From Bacillota bacterium (lineage in GTDB: Bacteria > Bacillota > Clostridia > Christensenellales > CAG-138): a DNA stretch of 64,000 nt. Under the pieces are notes generated by a model. It made no database searches. It was given only the letters and a program-made list of their open reading frames with translations, and was not told the origin of the DNA. Below are positions 19,214 to 27,266 of the stretch, piece by piece. The position numbers and the translations under genes were made by a program. Numbering within the stretch: the first letter of the stretch is position 1; each line of letters opens with the position of its first letter. The stretch spans positions 19,990-83,989 of the forward strand of contig JAEEKE010000026.1 in assembly GCA_016282255.1 (NCBI GenBank), in the 5' to 3' direction.

Positions 19214-19245
19214 AAGGCCGCTTGCTGTTCTTAACAAGCGGCCTT
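19214..19245 (-). terminator. Terminator of coaW
   Basis: AAGGCCGCTTG ctgttcttaa CAAGCGGCCTT. On the minus strand it is followed by TTTTGAGTAT. It lies 15 nt after the coaW stop. Confidence 0.65.
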
Positions 19246-19259
19246 GAAAGTTTCGGATG

Positions 19260-20087
19260 TCATTTCATATCCCTGTAATGGAGCGCTGCGCCAACGGCGG
19301 TAGCATAGGAAGCGTCCTTGGGGATTATGAACTCGGCGGGGGAGATGAGCGCGAAAACGTCGAGCATCGGGCGCAGCCAGGGAAGCTCGGTCAAAGAGCC
19401 GGTCAGTATGACGCGCTTTGTGGACGCGTCGCGGCAGGCGAACGAAGCGAGCAGCAGTATTGTCTGCAGCACCACGTTGATTAGGCCGAGGGCGAGGTCG
19501 CCGTCGGTCGCGCTGTCCTTGATATTGGCAAAGTTCGCGGCGGTTATCTCGGAAGTGAGCATCTCGATATCGCTCTTTGAAATGTCGCCAACGGTCAGGT
19601 CGACGTTTGAAAGGTTTCCGGTCGAGGCGATGGAGCAGAGGCTGTCGAAGTCGGAAGCGTTGCAGAGTTTTTTGCCAAGGCCGAGCAGCATGCCGCCGCC
19701 GACGCCGCTGCCGCCGATATGCTGATAGCCCTTCCCGTCCGCCTTAACGAACGCCGTGCCGGTGCCCATGCTGACGACTATCGCTTCATCGGCCCCGGCC
19801 AGCGCAAGCCCGCCGCGGGCAATCGCGGAGAACTCCTCGATGCGGTGGGTGGGTATGCCGTAGATATCGCCCGAAAGATATGATGCGCCGACGCCGGTCA
19901 CGAAGATATCCTCAACATCGCTGAGCGACAGCTTGTTTTCATTGATGTAGTGCCCGAGTGCTCCGTACAGAGAGGTTATCTGGTCGTATGCGCGCACCAT
20001 CATTGCGGAGATCAGCGAACCGTCGGAGTTGAGCCCGACGATCTTCGTAGTCGAACCGCCGACGTCTATGCCGAGAATAATGCCCAT
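19260..20087 (-). CDS. coaW: Type II pantothenate kinase
   Basis: ASKHA-fold motifs GIDVGGSTTK, SMGTGTAF, IGGSGVGGGMLLGLG and TAANF match Staphylococcus-type PanK-II by eye. Confidence 0.8.
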   Translation of the reverse strand: MGIILGIDVGGSTTKIVGLNSDGSLISAMMVRAYDQITSLYGALGHYINENKLSLSDVEDIFVTGVGASYLSGDIYGIPTHRIEEFSAIARGGLALAGADEAIVVSMGTGTAFVKADGKGYQHIGGSGVGGGMLLGLGKKLCNASDFDSLCSIASTGNLSNVDLTVGDISKSDIEMLTSEITAANFANIKDSATDGDLALGLINVVLQTILLLASFACRDASTKRVILTGSLTELPWLRPMLDVFALISPAEFIIPKDASYATAVGAALHYRDMK

Positions 20088-20277
20088 GAAAAACTCCTTT
20101 GATTTGATATGCTTATTATATCAAAGCCGTATACTGTTGTAAAGAGCGCGGAGAGCAAGGATCCATAGGCGCACGGGAAAGCTTTTATCCGACATTTTTT
20201 GCAAGTAAAAACATCGGTTCATAAAGGAATAATGAAGGAACTCGACACGAGCAGGCAAAAAAAGAGCATAAAAGGCA

Positions 20278-20306
20278 TTGATTTTATCCTTCTTTTCTGT
20301 CATAAT
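20278..20306 (+). promoter_or_regulatory. Putative promoter of the amidase gene
   Basis: TTGATT, a 17-nt spacer, then CATAAT. Confidence 0.4.
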
Positions 20307-20387
20307 AGTAAGCGTAGAAATCGGGTCTTTTGAGCGAGGCCGTGAACGCCCCGCCTCCGATTCAATTGTTGAAAGCGAGATAAACAA

Positions 20388-21353
20388 GTGAGAGACCAGG
20401 ATGTAACAAGGCGGATACTCATTATCGTTATCATGGTGCTGATCGTTGCGGTCATCGTTCTGATCGCAAGCCTGATTACGAGGGGCACGTGTTCCAGCGT
20501 TGTGAACAACGGGATAACCCCGACCAACGTGCCGGAGCCGAGCTCGCTGATCATAGACGTCAACAGCTCGGAGCTTCCCGTGCCCGAAACGGCACATTTC
20601 AACACCGAACCGCCCGTGACCGAGCCGATCGTTCCCGAGCCCACGGCGTTCGTGACTCAAAACCCCCTTCAGCCCATGCACCCGTCCATCCCGCAGAGCC
20701 CGTATCCGGCAATTCCCTATTGCGTGACGGAGGGCACCTTCCAGGACGTTAAGGACAGGCTCGAGCTCCTCAAGCAGCTGCCCAGGAGCGAGACGGTCAT
20801 CCTTCTCGACGTCGGCCACGGCGGTTTTGACGGCGGCACGGTCGGTATCGACACGAACGTAACCGAGGCAGCCCTCAACCTGCAGATCGGCAGGATGCTC
20901 GCCGAACAGCTCGCCGCGAAGGGTTACTTCGTTTTCATGACCCGTATGGGCGACTATGCCGTCGGGTCGGATAAAAACTCCGATATGAAGTGGCGCAAGC
21001 AGGTGATGAAGCTCGAAATGTTCGACGCCTCCATCAGCGTGCATCAGAACGCGCTTGCGACCGACAGGTCCGTGCGCGGCGCGAGGATCTATCATTATAA
21101 GACCGGGACCGAGGGCGAAAACCTTGCCAAGACGATCATAGCCGAGTGCCTGAAGATCTCCGAATACGCGCGTCCGAACGCATACACCGGCAATCTGATG
21201 GTCGTACGAGAGCCCATCTGTCCCTCGGCACTCATCGAATGCGGCTTCCTCTCCAACCACGACGAGGAGCTGCTGCTGCAGGATCCCAACTATCAGATGC
21301 AGATCGCAAAGGCCGTCGCCGACGGTATAGAGAACTACCTCAACAGCAAATAA
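20388..21353 (+). CDS. N-acetylmuramoyl-L-alanine amidase (Amidase_3), CwlD-like, with TM anchor and proline-rich linker
   Basis: GTG start. TM helix, about 100 aa of P/T/E-rich linker, then LLDVGHGGFDGGTVG, FMTR, SVHQNA and ALIECGFLSN, which parallel B. subtilis CwlD blocks. Confidence 0.85.
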   Translation: MRDQDVTRRILIIVIMVLIVAVIVLIASLITRGTCSSVVNNGITPTNVPEPSSLIIDVNSSELPVPETAHFNTEPPVTEPIVPEPTAFVTQNPLQPMHPSIPQSPYPAIPYCVTEGTFQDVKDRLELLKQLPRSETVILLDVGHGGFDGGTVGIDTNVTEAALNLQIGRMLAEQLAAKGYFVFMTRMGDYAVGSDKNSDMKWRKQVMKLEMFDASISVHQNALATDRSVRGARIYHYKTGTEGENLAKTIIAECLKISEYARPNAYTGNLMVVREPICPSALIECGFLSNHDEELLLQDPNYQMQIAKAVADGIENYLNSK

Positions 21354-21369
21354 TGTTTTAAAAAGCAAG

Positions 21370-21399
21370 CAGGCGGCGCCGAAAAGCGCCGCCTGTTTT
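21370..21399. terminator. Bidirectional terminator between the amidase gene and gpmI
   Basis: CAGGCGGCGC cgaaaa GCGCCGCCTG TTTT. Confidence 0.7.
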
Positions 21400-21415
21400 A
21401 TGTGTCCTCAAGAGC

Positions 21416-22960
21416 TTATTCTTCTTCGATAAGGCAATGTCCCGTCATTTCCTCGGGTACCGGAAGGTCCATTATATGAAGGAGAGTGGGAGCGAGGTCG
21501 CAGAGCTTGCCGCCCGGAATGAGCTTTGCTCCGTCGGCCTTGTCCGAAACGTAGATAAGCGGCACGGGGTTCGTGGTATGAGGCGTGAACGGTTCGCCCT
21601 TTTCATCGAGCATCTGCTCGCAGTTGCCGTGATCCGCAGTGATAAGGCAGCTGCCGCCGTTTGCGAGGATGCAGTCAACTAGCCTCTTAACGCATTCGTC
21701 AACGGCGCCGACCGCCTTGACCGCAGCCTCGAGCACGCCGGTATGCCCGACCATATCGGGGTTGGCGAAGTTGAGGATCATCAGGTCGTACTTGTGCGAT
21801 TCGATGCATTCAACAGCCCTGTCGGTCACTTCGTAAGCGCTCATCTCGGGCTTAAGGTCATAGGTCTCCACGTCGGGCGAGGGAACGAGTATCCTGTCCT
21901 CACCCTCGAAGACTCTTTCCACGCCGCCGTTGAAGAAGAACGTGACGTGCGCGTACTTCTCGGTCTCGGCGATGCGGAGCTGGGTCAGGCCCAGGTTCGA
22001 AACGTATTCGCCCATGGTATTCACGAGCTTCTGTGGATGGAAGATAAGCTCCACACGGTCGGCGAAATCCGCCGAGTATTGGCTCATGCACACATAATGC
22101 ACCGGGAAATAACCGAAGCGGCGCTCGAACTGCGGGAAATCGCGGTCGATGAACGCCCTTGTGATCTGGCGCGCACGATCGGGACGGAAGTTGAAGAAGA
22201 TGATGCTGTCATTCGGCTTAACGGTGCCGACGGGTTTGCCGTCGTGAACGATGACGCTCGGGATAACGAACTCATCGGTGACGCCGTTCGCATAGGAGGA
22301 AAGGATCGCCTCCTCCGCGCTCTCGAATTCGAGGCCCTCGCCGTAAACGAGCGCGGCATATGCCTTCTCGGTCCTGTCGAAATTGTTGTTGCGGTCCATC
22401 GCGTAATAACGGCCCATGACCGAAGCGATCTGCCCGCAGCCGATCTCGCGCATCTTCTCCTCAACGGTGCGGATGAAGCCGACGCCGCTGTCGACGGCGG
22501 TATCGCGCCCGTCGGTAAAGCAGTGCACGTAGACCTTTTCAAGCCCGTTCTTTTTGGCGATATCGAGCAGCCCGAGCAGGTGCTCGATATGGCTGTGGAC
22601 GCCGCCGTCGGAAAGCAGGCCGTAGAGATGCAGCGCGGAATCATGCTCCCGGCAGTTCTCAATCGCATGGACGACGGCGGGCCTTTCGGCAAGCGAACCG
22701 TCGGCGACCGCGTCGGAGATGCGGGTAAGCTCCTGGAAAACGACGCGGCCCGCGCCGATATTGGTATGGCCGACCTCGGAATTGCCCATCTGGCCCGCGG
22801 GGAGACCGACGTCACGGCCGGATGCACCGATGAGCGTATTCGGGTAGCGCTCGATAAGCGAGCGGATATTGCGCGCTCCCTGTATGCGGATCGCGTTGCC
22901 TCTTTCCTCGGGGGAGTAGCCGAAGCCGTCGAGAATAATCAATGCAGTTAGTTTTTTCAA
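21416..22960 (-). CDS. gpmI: 2,3-bisphosphoglycerate-independent phosphoglycerate mutase
   Basis: TTG start with a GAGAGGG RBS. N-terminus LIILDGFG, with NSEVGHTNIGAGR and ITADHGN motifs. 514 aa. Confidence 0.95.
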   Translation of the reverse strand: MKKLTALIILDGFGYSPEERGNAIRIQGARNIRSLIERYPNTLIGASGRDVGLPAGQMGNSEVGHTNIGAGRVVFQELTRISDAVADGSLAERPAVVHAIENCREHDSALHLYGLLSDGGVHSHIEHLLGLLDIAKKNGLEKVYVHCFTDGRDTAVDSGVGFIRTVEEKMREIGCGQIASVMGRYYAMDRNNNFDRTEKAYAALVYGEGLEFESAEEAILSSYANGVTDEFVIPSVIVHDGKPVGTVKPNDSIIFFNFRPDRARQITRAFIDRDFPQFERRFGYFPVHYVCMSQYSADFADRVELIFHPQKLVNTMGEYVSNLGLTQLRIAETEKYAHVTFFFNGGVERVFEGEDRILVPSPDVETYDLKPEMSAYEVTDRAVECIESHKYDLMILNFANPDMVGHTGVLEAAVKAVGAVDECVKRLVDCILANGGSCLITADHGNCEQMLDEKGEPFTPHTTNPVPLIYVSDKADGAKLIPGGKLCDLAPTLLHIMDLPVPEEMTGHCLIEEE

Positions 22961-22980
22961 GTGAACACCCTCTCTATAAG

Positions 22981-23021
22981 CTTCGGCATTCCGTCAGCAT
23001 CACGCTTTGGGAATGCCGAAG
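22981..23021 (-). promoter_or_regulatory. Intercistronic hairpin between pgk/tpiA and gpmI
   Basis: Perfect 12-bp stem CTTCGGCATTCC / GGAATGCCGAAG with a 17-nt loop and no T-run. It sits in the 99-nt spacer of a co-directional gene pair. Confidence 0.5.
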
Positions 23022-23059
23022 TATCGGTTATGCTTTATGCGTTCGTGCGTCGGGCTTCG

Positions 23060-24994
23060 TCAGGCAAGCACGACCTTCGCGAAATCCTCGGCGACAAGGC
23101 TCGCGCCGCCGATAAGGCCGCCGTCGATCTCGGGCATGGCCTTGAGGCCCGCGGCGTTCTTGGCGTTCATGCTGCCGCCGTAGAGGATGCGGGCGTTCTG
23201 GGCGAATTCGATGCCGTAGAGCCTTGCGATGACCCTGCGGATAGCGCCGATGGTCCTGTTGGCTTCCTCATTGGTAGCGGTCTTGCCGGTGCCGATAGCC
23301 CAGATGGGCTCGTATGCGATGGTGATGCGCTTGGCGTCCTCGGCCTCGATGCCGCGGTAGAGCGCTTCGACCTGCCCGGCCAGGAAGGTGTCGGTCACAC
23401 CCGCTTCGCGCTGCTCAAGGGTCTCGCCGACGCAGACGATCGGCAGAATGCCCGCTTCGAGCGCGGCCTGGGTGCGGAGGTTGACGGTCTCATCGGTCTC
23501 GCCGAAATACTGACGGCGCTCGCTGTGGCCGATGATCGCGTATTCGACGCCGATGCACTTGAGCATATCGGCGCTGATCTCGCCGGTGTACGCGCCTTTG
23601 GCGGCCCAGTGGATGTTCTGCGCGCCGAGCTTGATGTTGCTGCCTTTAAGATGCTTTGCTGCGCAGCAGAGGTCGACGAAGGGCGGGCAGACGACGACGT
23701 CGCAGTCAGCCTCGGTCACAAGGGGCTTGAGCGCGTCGATGAGCGCCTTGGCCTCCTCCTTGTTCTTGTTCATCTTCCAGTTGCCGGCGATCATAAGCCT
23801 GCGGTCGGGACGGTCCATAAGGCAGGCGACGCCGGGCAGGGTCTTGCCCTCAAGGAATTCAAGGCTCGCGCCGCCGCCGGTGGAGATATGGCTCATCTTA
23901 TCGCCGAGGCCGAACTTGTTGATAGCGGATGCGGAGTCGCCGCCGCCGATGATCGTGGTGCCTTCACACTCGGCGCATGCACGGGCGACAGCCTCGGTAC
24001 CCTTGGCGAAGGCGTCCATCTCGAACACGCCCATCGGGCCGTTCCAGACGACGGTCTTGGCTTCGCGGATCACGTCGCCGTAGAGCTTCGCGGTCTCCTC
24101 GCCGATGTCGAGGCCCTGGTAGCCCGCGGGCATCTTGTCGAAGGGTACGGTCATATGCTCGGTATCGGGTGCGAATTCCTTGCCGACAACGCAGTCGATG
24201 GGCAGGAGCATCCTGACGCCCTTTGCCTTTGCTTCCTCAAGCAGCTCGTTGGCCAGATCGATGCTCTCCGCGTCGAGCAGGGAATCGCCGATCTCATAGC
24301 CCATGGCCTTGAAGAAGGTGTAGCTCATCGCGCCGCCGATCAGCAGCGTGTCGCACTTGTTGAGCAGGTTCCTGATGACGCCGATCTTGTCGCCGACCTT
24401 CTTGCCGCCGAGGATCGCCACGAAGGGACGCTCCGGCTCGGTCAGCGCGCCGCCCATAAAGCGGAGCTCCTTCTCGATAAGGAAGCCGCAGACGGCGGGC
24501 AGATAGTGGGAAACGCCCTCGGTGGAAGCGTGCGCGCGGTGTACGGTACCGAATGCGTCGGAAACGTAGAGCTCGGCATAGTCGGCAAGCGCCTTTGCGA
24601 ATTCGGGATCGTTCTTCTCCTCCTCCTTATGGAAACGAAGGTTTTCCAGAAGCAGGATCTCACCGCTCTTGAGCGCTTCGGCCTTGGCCTTCGCATCCTC
24701 GCCGATGACGTCGCTGGCGAAGATGACGTTGGTATCGGGCATAAGCTCCTGAAGCCTCTTGGCAACGGGAGCAAGGCTCATTTCGGGAACGAACTTGCCC
24801 TTCGGGCGGCCGAGATGGGAGCAGAGGATGGTTTTTGCGCCGTGCTCAACGAGGAAACGCACGGTGGGAAGCGCGCCGACGATGCGGCTTTCATCGGTAA
24901 TGTTCAGATTCTCGTCGAGCGGAACGTTGAAGTCGACGCGAACGAGCACCTTTTTGCCCCTGAGGGGGACGTCTGCAACGGACAGTTTGGTCAT
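23060..24994 (-). CDS. pgk/tpiA: Bifunctional phosphoglycerate kinase / triosephosphate isomerase fusion
   Basis: Residues 1 to about 395 are PGK ([34 protein letters not shown]). Residues 401-644 are TIM ([33 protein letters not shown]). This is one uninterrupted frame with the junction near 23794-23830. Confidence 0.9.
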   Translation of the reverse strand: MTKLSVADVPLRGKKVLVRVDFNVPLDENLNITDESRIVGALPTVRFLVEHGAKTILCSHLGRPKGKFVPEMSLAPVAKRLQELMPDTNVIFASDVIGEDAKAKAEALKSGEILLLENLRFHKEEEKNDPEFAKALADYAELYVSDAFGTVHRAHASTEGVSHYLPAVCGFLIEKELRFMGGALTEPERPFVAILGGKKVGDKIGVIRNLLNKCDTLLIGGAMSYTFFKAMGYEIGDSLLDAESIDLANELLEEAKAKGVRMLLPIDCVVGKEFAPDTEHMTVPFDKMPAGYQGLDIGEETAKLYGDVIREAKTVVWNGPMGVFEMDAFAKGTEAVARACAECEGTTIIGGGDSASAINKFGLGDKMSHISTGGGASLEFLEGKTLPGVACLMDRPDRRLMIAGNWKMNKNKEEAKALIDALKPLVTEADCDVVVCPPFVDLCCAAKHLKGSNIKLGAQNIHWAAKGAYTGEISADMLKCIGVEYAIIGHSERRQYFGETDETVNLRTQAALEAGILPIVCVGETLEQREAGVTDTFLAGQVEALYRGIEAEDAKRITIAYEPIWAIGTGKTATNEEANRTIGAIRRVIARLYGIEFAQNARILYGGSMNAKNAAGLKAMPEIDGGLIGGASLVAEDFAKVVLA

Positions 24995-25065
24995 TTTGAT
25001 TCAGCCTCCGAAACGTATTTTTTGTTTTTGTGATAAACGCTTGAGCGATCGCACTCACAAACTTT

Positions 25066-25094
25066 ATTATACCACCGAAAAAGAAAACAGGCAA
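25066..25094 (-). promoter_or_regulatory. Putative promoter of pgk/tpiA-gpmI
   Basis: On the minus strand, TTGCCT, a 17-nt spacer, then TATAAT. Confidence 0.45.
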
Positions 25095-25200
25095 CAGGGA
25101 AAATGGCAGACACATGGAAGAAAACCAAAATATCGGAAACAGGTATTGAAAGATACGGTGAAACATAACACAGCGTATGCAGCATAAACCGAAAATCCGG

Positions 25201-25229
25201 TTCATTGTATTCGTGTAATATGTTATAAT
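25201..25229 (+). promoter_or_regulatory. Putative promoter of the sigma/anti-sigma pair
   Basis: TTCATT, a 17-nt spacer, then TATAAT, 45 nt upstream of the start codon. Confidence 0.4.
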
Positions 25230-25274
25230 GATTCCGGTCTTATTATATGAAGGATCCTTCCGAAAGGGAAAACG

Positions 25275-25835
25275 GTGATGGACGACCGGCAATTGATCGA
25301 ACTGTATTTTGCAAGAGACGAGAGCGCTATTAAGCTTACCGCAGACAGATACGGCAAGTATTGTTTTGCCATCGCGAATAACATTCTTGCAAGCAGAGAG
25401 GATGCCGAGGAGATCGTGAATGAAGCGTATCTTCGGGCTTGGAACTCTATTCCGCCGCAGAGACCGGCTGTATTCAGGCTTTTTCTCGCAAGGATAACGC
25501 GGAATCTTTCGCTGAACCGTTATGAAAAACGGAATGCGAAAAAACGCGGAGGCGAAGCGGAACTTGCGCTGGAAGAGCTTGCAGAATGTACGGTCGGTAC
25601 AGTGAACATAGAAGGCGAGCTAATGGAGCATGAGCTGAAGAAAACGATCAATGCCTTTATTAGCGGCCTGCCTGAGAGGGAACGTGCGATATTCCTGCGG
25701 CGGTACTTCCGATTCGAATCGAACGCGGAGATCGCCGAACGCTTCGGCGTCAGCGTGAATAATCTGGCAGTTGCCCTGAGCCGTACGAGAAAGAAACTGA
25801 TGAAGCATCTTGAAAAGGAGGGATACTTCAAATGA
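25275..25835 (+). CDS. RNA polymerase sigma-70 family ECF-type sigma factor
   Basis: Region 2 (EDAEEIVNEAYLRAW) and region 4 HTH (LPERERAIFLRRYF...AEIAERFGVSVNNLAVALSRTRKKL). 186 aa. Confidence 0.85.
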   Translation: MMDDRQLIELYFARDESAIKLTADRYGKYCFAIANNILASREDAEEIVNEAYLRAWNSIPPQRPAVFRLFLARITRNLSLNRYEKRNAKKRGGEAELALEELAECTVGTVNIEGELMEHELKKTINAFISGLPERERAIFLRRYFRFESNAEIAERFGVSVNNLAVALSRTRKKLMKHLEKEGYFK

Positions 25836-27202
25836 CGGGAAAAGACCTGCTAAAGGCGATCGGTTCCGCTTCGGACGAAAACCTGTTGCTTGCGGAAAGC
25901 GTTCCGCCGAAGAATAAAACGAACAGGCTATGGATCATAGCCGCTGCGGCCGCAGTGCTCGTCCTGTGCTTCGGGATGATGGCACTGAACCATTTTGCGA
26001 AAAAACCGGCTGACGATCGGTATGCGGAAGCCGCGGCAACGCCGGACCCGAATGCCGAAATAGGATCGGAGGCGCCGGCGACACAATTGCCGCCTTCGAC
26101 TTCGGCGGTTTCCGAACCGACCGGACAGATCACCGCTGAGCCGATGAAGCCTCCGCGGACTGAGCCGCCTGGTCCTGTTCCTTCAAGCGATCCGCCGCCG
26201 GTATTCACGGTATCCGATTATATGATCTACGGAACGACCGCGAACGGTGACAGATACGCGTTGGAATCGGAGGAGCAGCTCGTAGATGAATACATTCACG
26301 GCTGCCGGAATTCATTCGCCCTGAGGAATCTGTTTTCAATGAGGGGCGGGGAATGCTACTTCGTTCCGGCGGTTCTGCCCGGGGACGCCGTGCTGCTGAT
26401 GATCATACCGTATATGAGCAATATGAGCTTCCTGTATTATTCCGAAAGCAATCCGACGGAGCGATACGTCTTTGAATGGGTGGATATGAACGACCCGGCG
26501 GCTGCGGAAGACTACCGCGAGTGGCTTGAATCAAACGAGCATTTTGTCCGTTCGGACGATCTTTATATCTTCGACCACGTCGGTTTCTGCGATCCCGGTT
26601 ACAAAGATATCTACCTGATCCGGGACGGAAATGTTTTTAATGTGGCAATGCCGTTTGACAGCACACTTGAAGAAATCAGGAGCTTCGTCGATCCCGTGAA
26701 GGTCATGCTGCCAGATCCCGATCCCGCCTGTGTCGATGAACTGTTCTTCGTTAGCATGGATGAATGCCTCAACGCCATTGCCGCCAACACTTCTGCGGAA
26801 AGCGTACTTGCCGGGCTCGAAGGCATATACACGCTGAAAAACGGTGAAGGACGGATCAGCCGCATATCGGTAAAAAGGGACGCCGTGACCGTGCATTTCT
26901 CGGATGAAGGCGGAAGAGCGCTTTACTATCTGGCGATGTACCGCAGGGCCGACCCCGATAACGATTGGCTGCTCGGAACAGCACAGTCGGATCCTCTGTA
27001 TTCGTTCTGCTGCGATATAAAACTGAATAGTTCCGAATACATCTATCTCGTCTATGATACCATCTTGCATCCGAACCTCTATTGGATAGAAAACGGAAGG
27101 GCATTCCGCCTTTACATGTATTTCGGCGAAGAAGAAACCGACCTCTCGCAGGAAAATGTGATCGAGTTCTGCAAGGTCATACTTCATCCTGCAGACAACT
27201 GA
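25832..27202 (+). CDS. Putative membrane anti-sigma factor with a large extracytoplasmic domain
   Basis: ATGA overlap with the sigma gene. Short cytoplasmic N-terminus (LLKAIGSASDENLL), one TM helix (LWIIAAAAAVLVLCFGMMAL), a P-rich linker, then about 320 aa of unknown fold with two similar sub-segments. Confidence 0.6.
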   Translation: MTGKDLLKAIGSASDENLLLAESVPPKNKTNRLWIIAAAAAVLVLCFGMMALNHFAKKPADDRYAEAAATPDPNAEIGSEAPATQLPPSTSAVSEPTGQITAEPMKPPRTEPPGPVPSSDPPPVFTVSDYMIYGTTANGDRYALESEEQLVDEYIHGCRNSFALRNLFSMRGGECYFVPAVLPGDAVLLMIIPYMSNMSFLYYSESNPTERYVFEWVDMNDPAAAEDYREWLESNEHFVRSDDLYIFDHVGFCDPGYKDIYLIRDGNVFNVAMPFDSTLEEIRSFVDPVKVMLPDPDPACVDELFFVSMDECLNAIAANTSAESVLAGLEGIYTLKNGEGRISRISVKRDAVTVHFSDEGGRALYYLAMYRRADPDNDWLLGTAQSDPLYSFCCDIKLNSSEYIYLVYDTILHPNLYWIENGRAFRLYMYFGEEETDLSQENVIEFCKVILHPADN

Positions 27203-27225
27203 TGTTCTCGAAAGAAATACAAGAA

Positions 27226-27246
27226 AAGGGGCGGTTTGCGCCCCTT
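27226..27246. terminator. Terminator hairpin between convergent anti-sigma and LRR-dockerin genes
   Basis: AAGGGGCG gtttg CGCCCCTT. The T-rich tract is on the minus strand (TTTTCTTGTATTTCTTT). Confidence 0.6.
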
Positions 27247-27266
27247 GGAATGTGTGAGAGTTTTTG

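Noticed and set aside
18286-19260. Prophage, ICE or genomic island integrated at tRNA-Ala
   Set aside because: No integrase, recombinase or excisionase is present. No direct repeat of the tRNA 3' end was found downstream, and the AT-rich segment is only about 0.8 kb. At most it is a remnant.
19060-19278. 72-aa hydrophobic ORF overlapping the stop of the islet gene (ATGATG start)
   Set aside because: It would read through two terminator hairpins (19134-19162 and 19214-19245) and into the coaW 3' end. Its hydrophobicity is probably a consequence of T-rich sequence. I could not exclude a shorter real peptide.
20121-21368. 415-aa ORF on the - strand
   Set aside because: It is antisense to the Amidase_3 gene and runs through the coaW/amidase intergenic promoter region. 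No motifs are present.
22961-25033. 690-aa ORF on the + strand
   Set aside because: It is entirely antisense to the unmistakable pgk/tpiA gene. The product is A/G/D/R/L-rich low-complexity sequence typical of shadow ORFs in high-G+C DNA, and there is no RBS.
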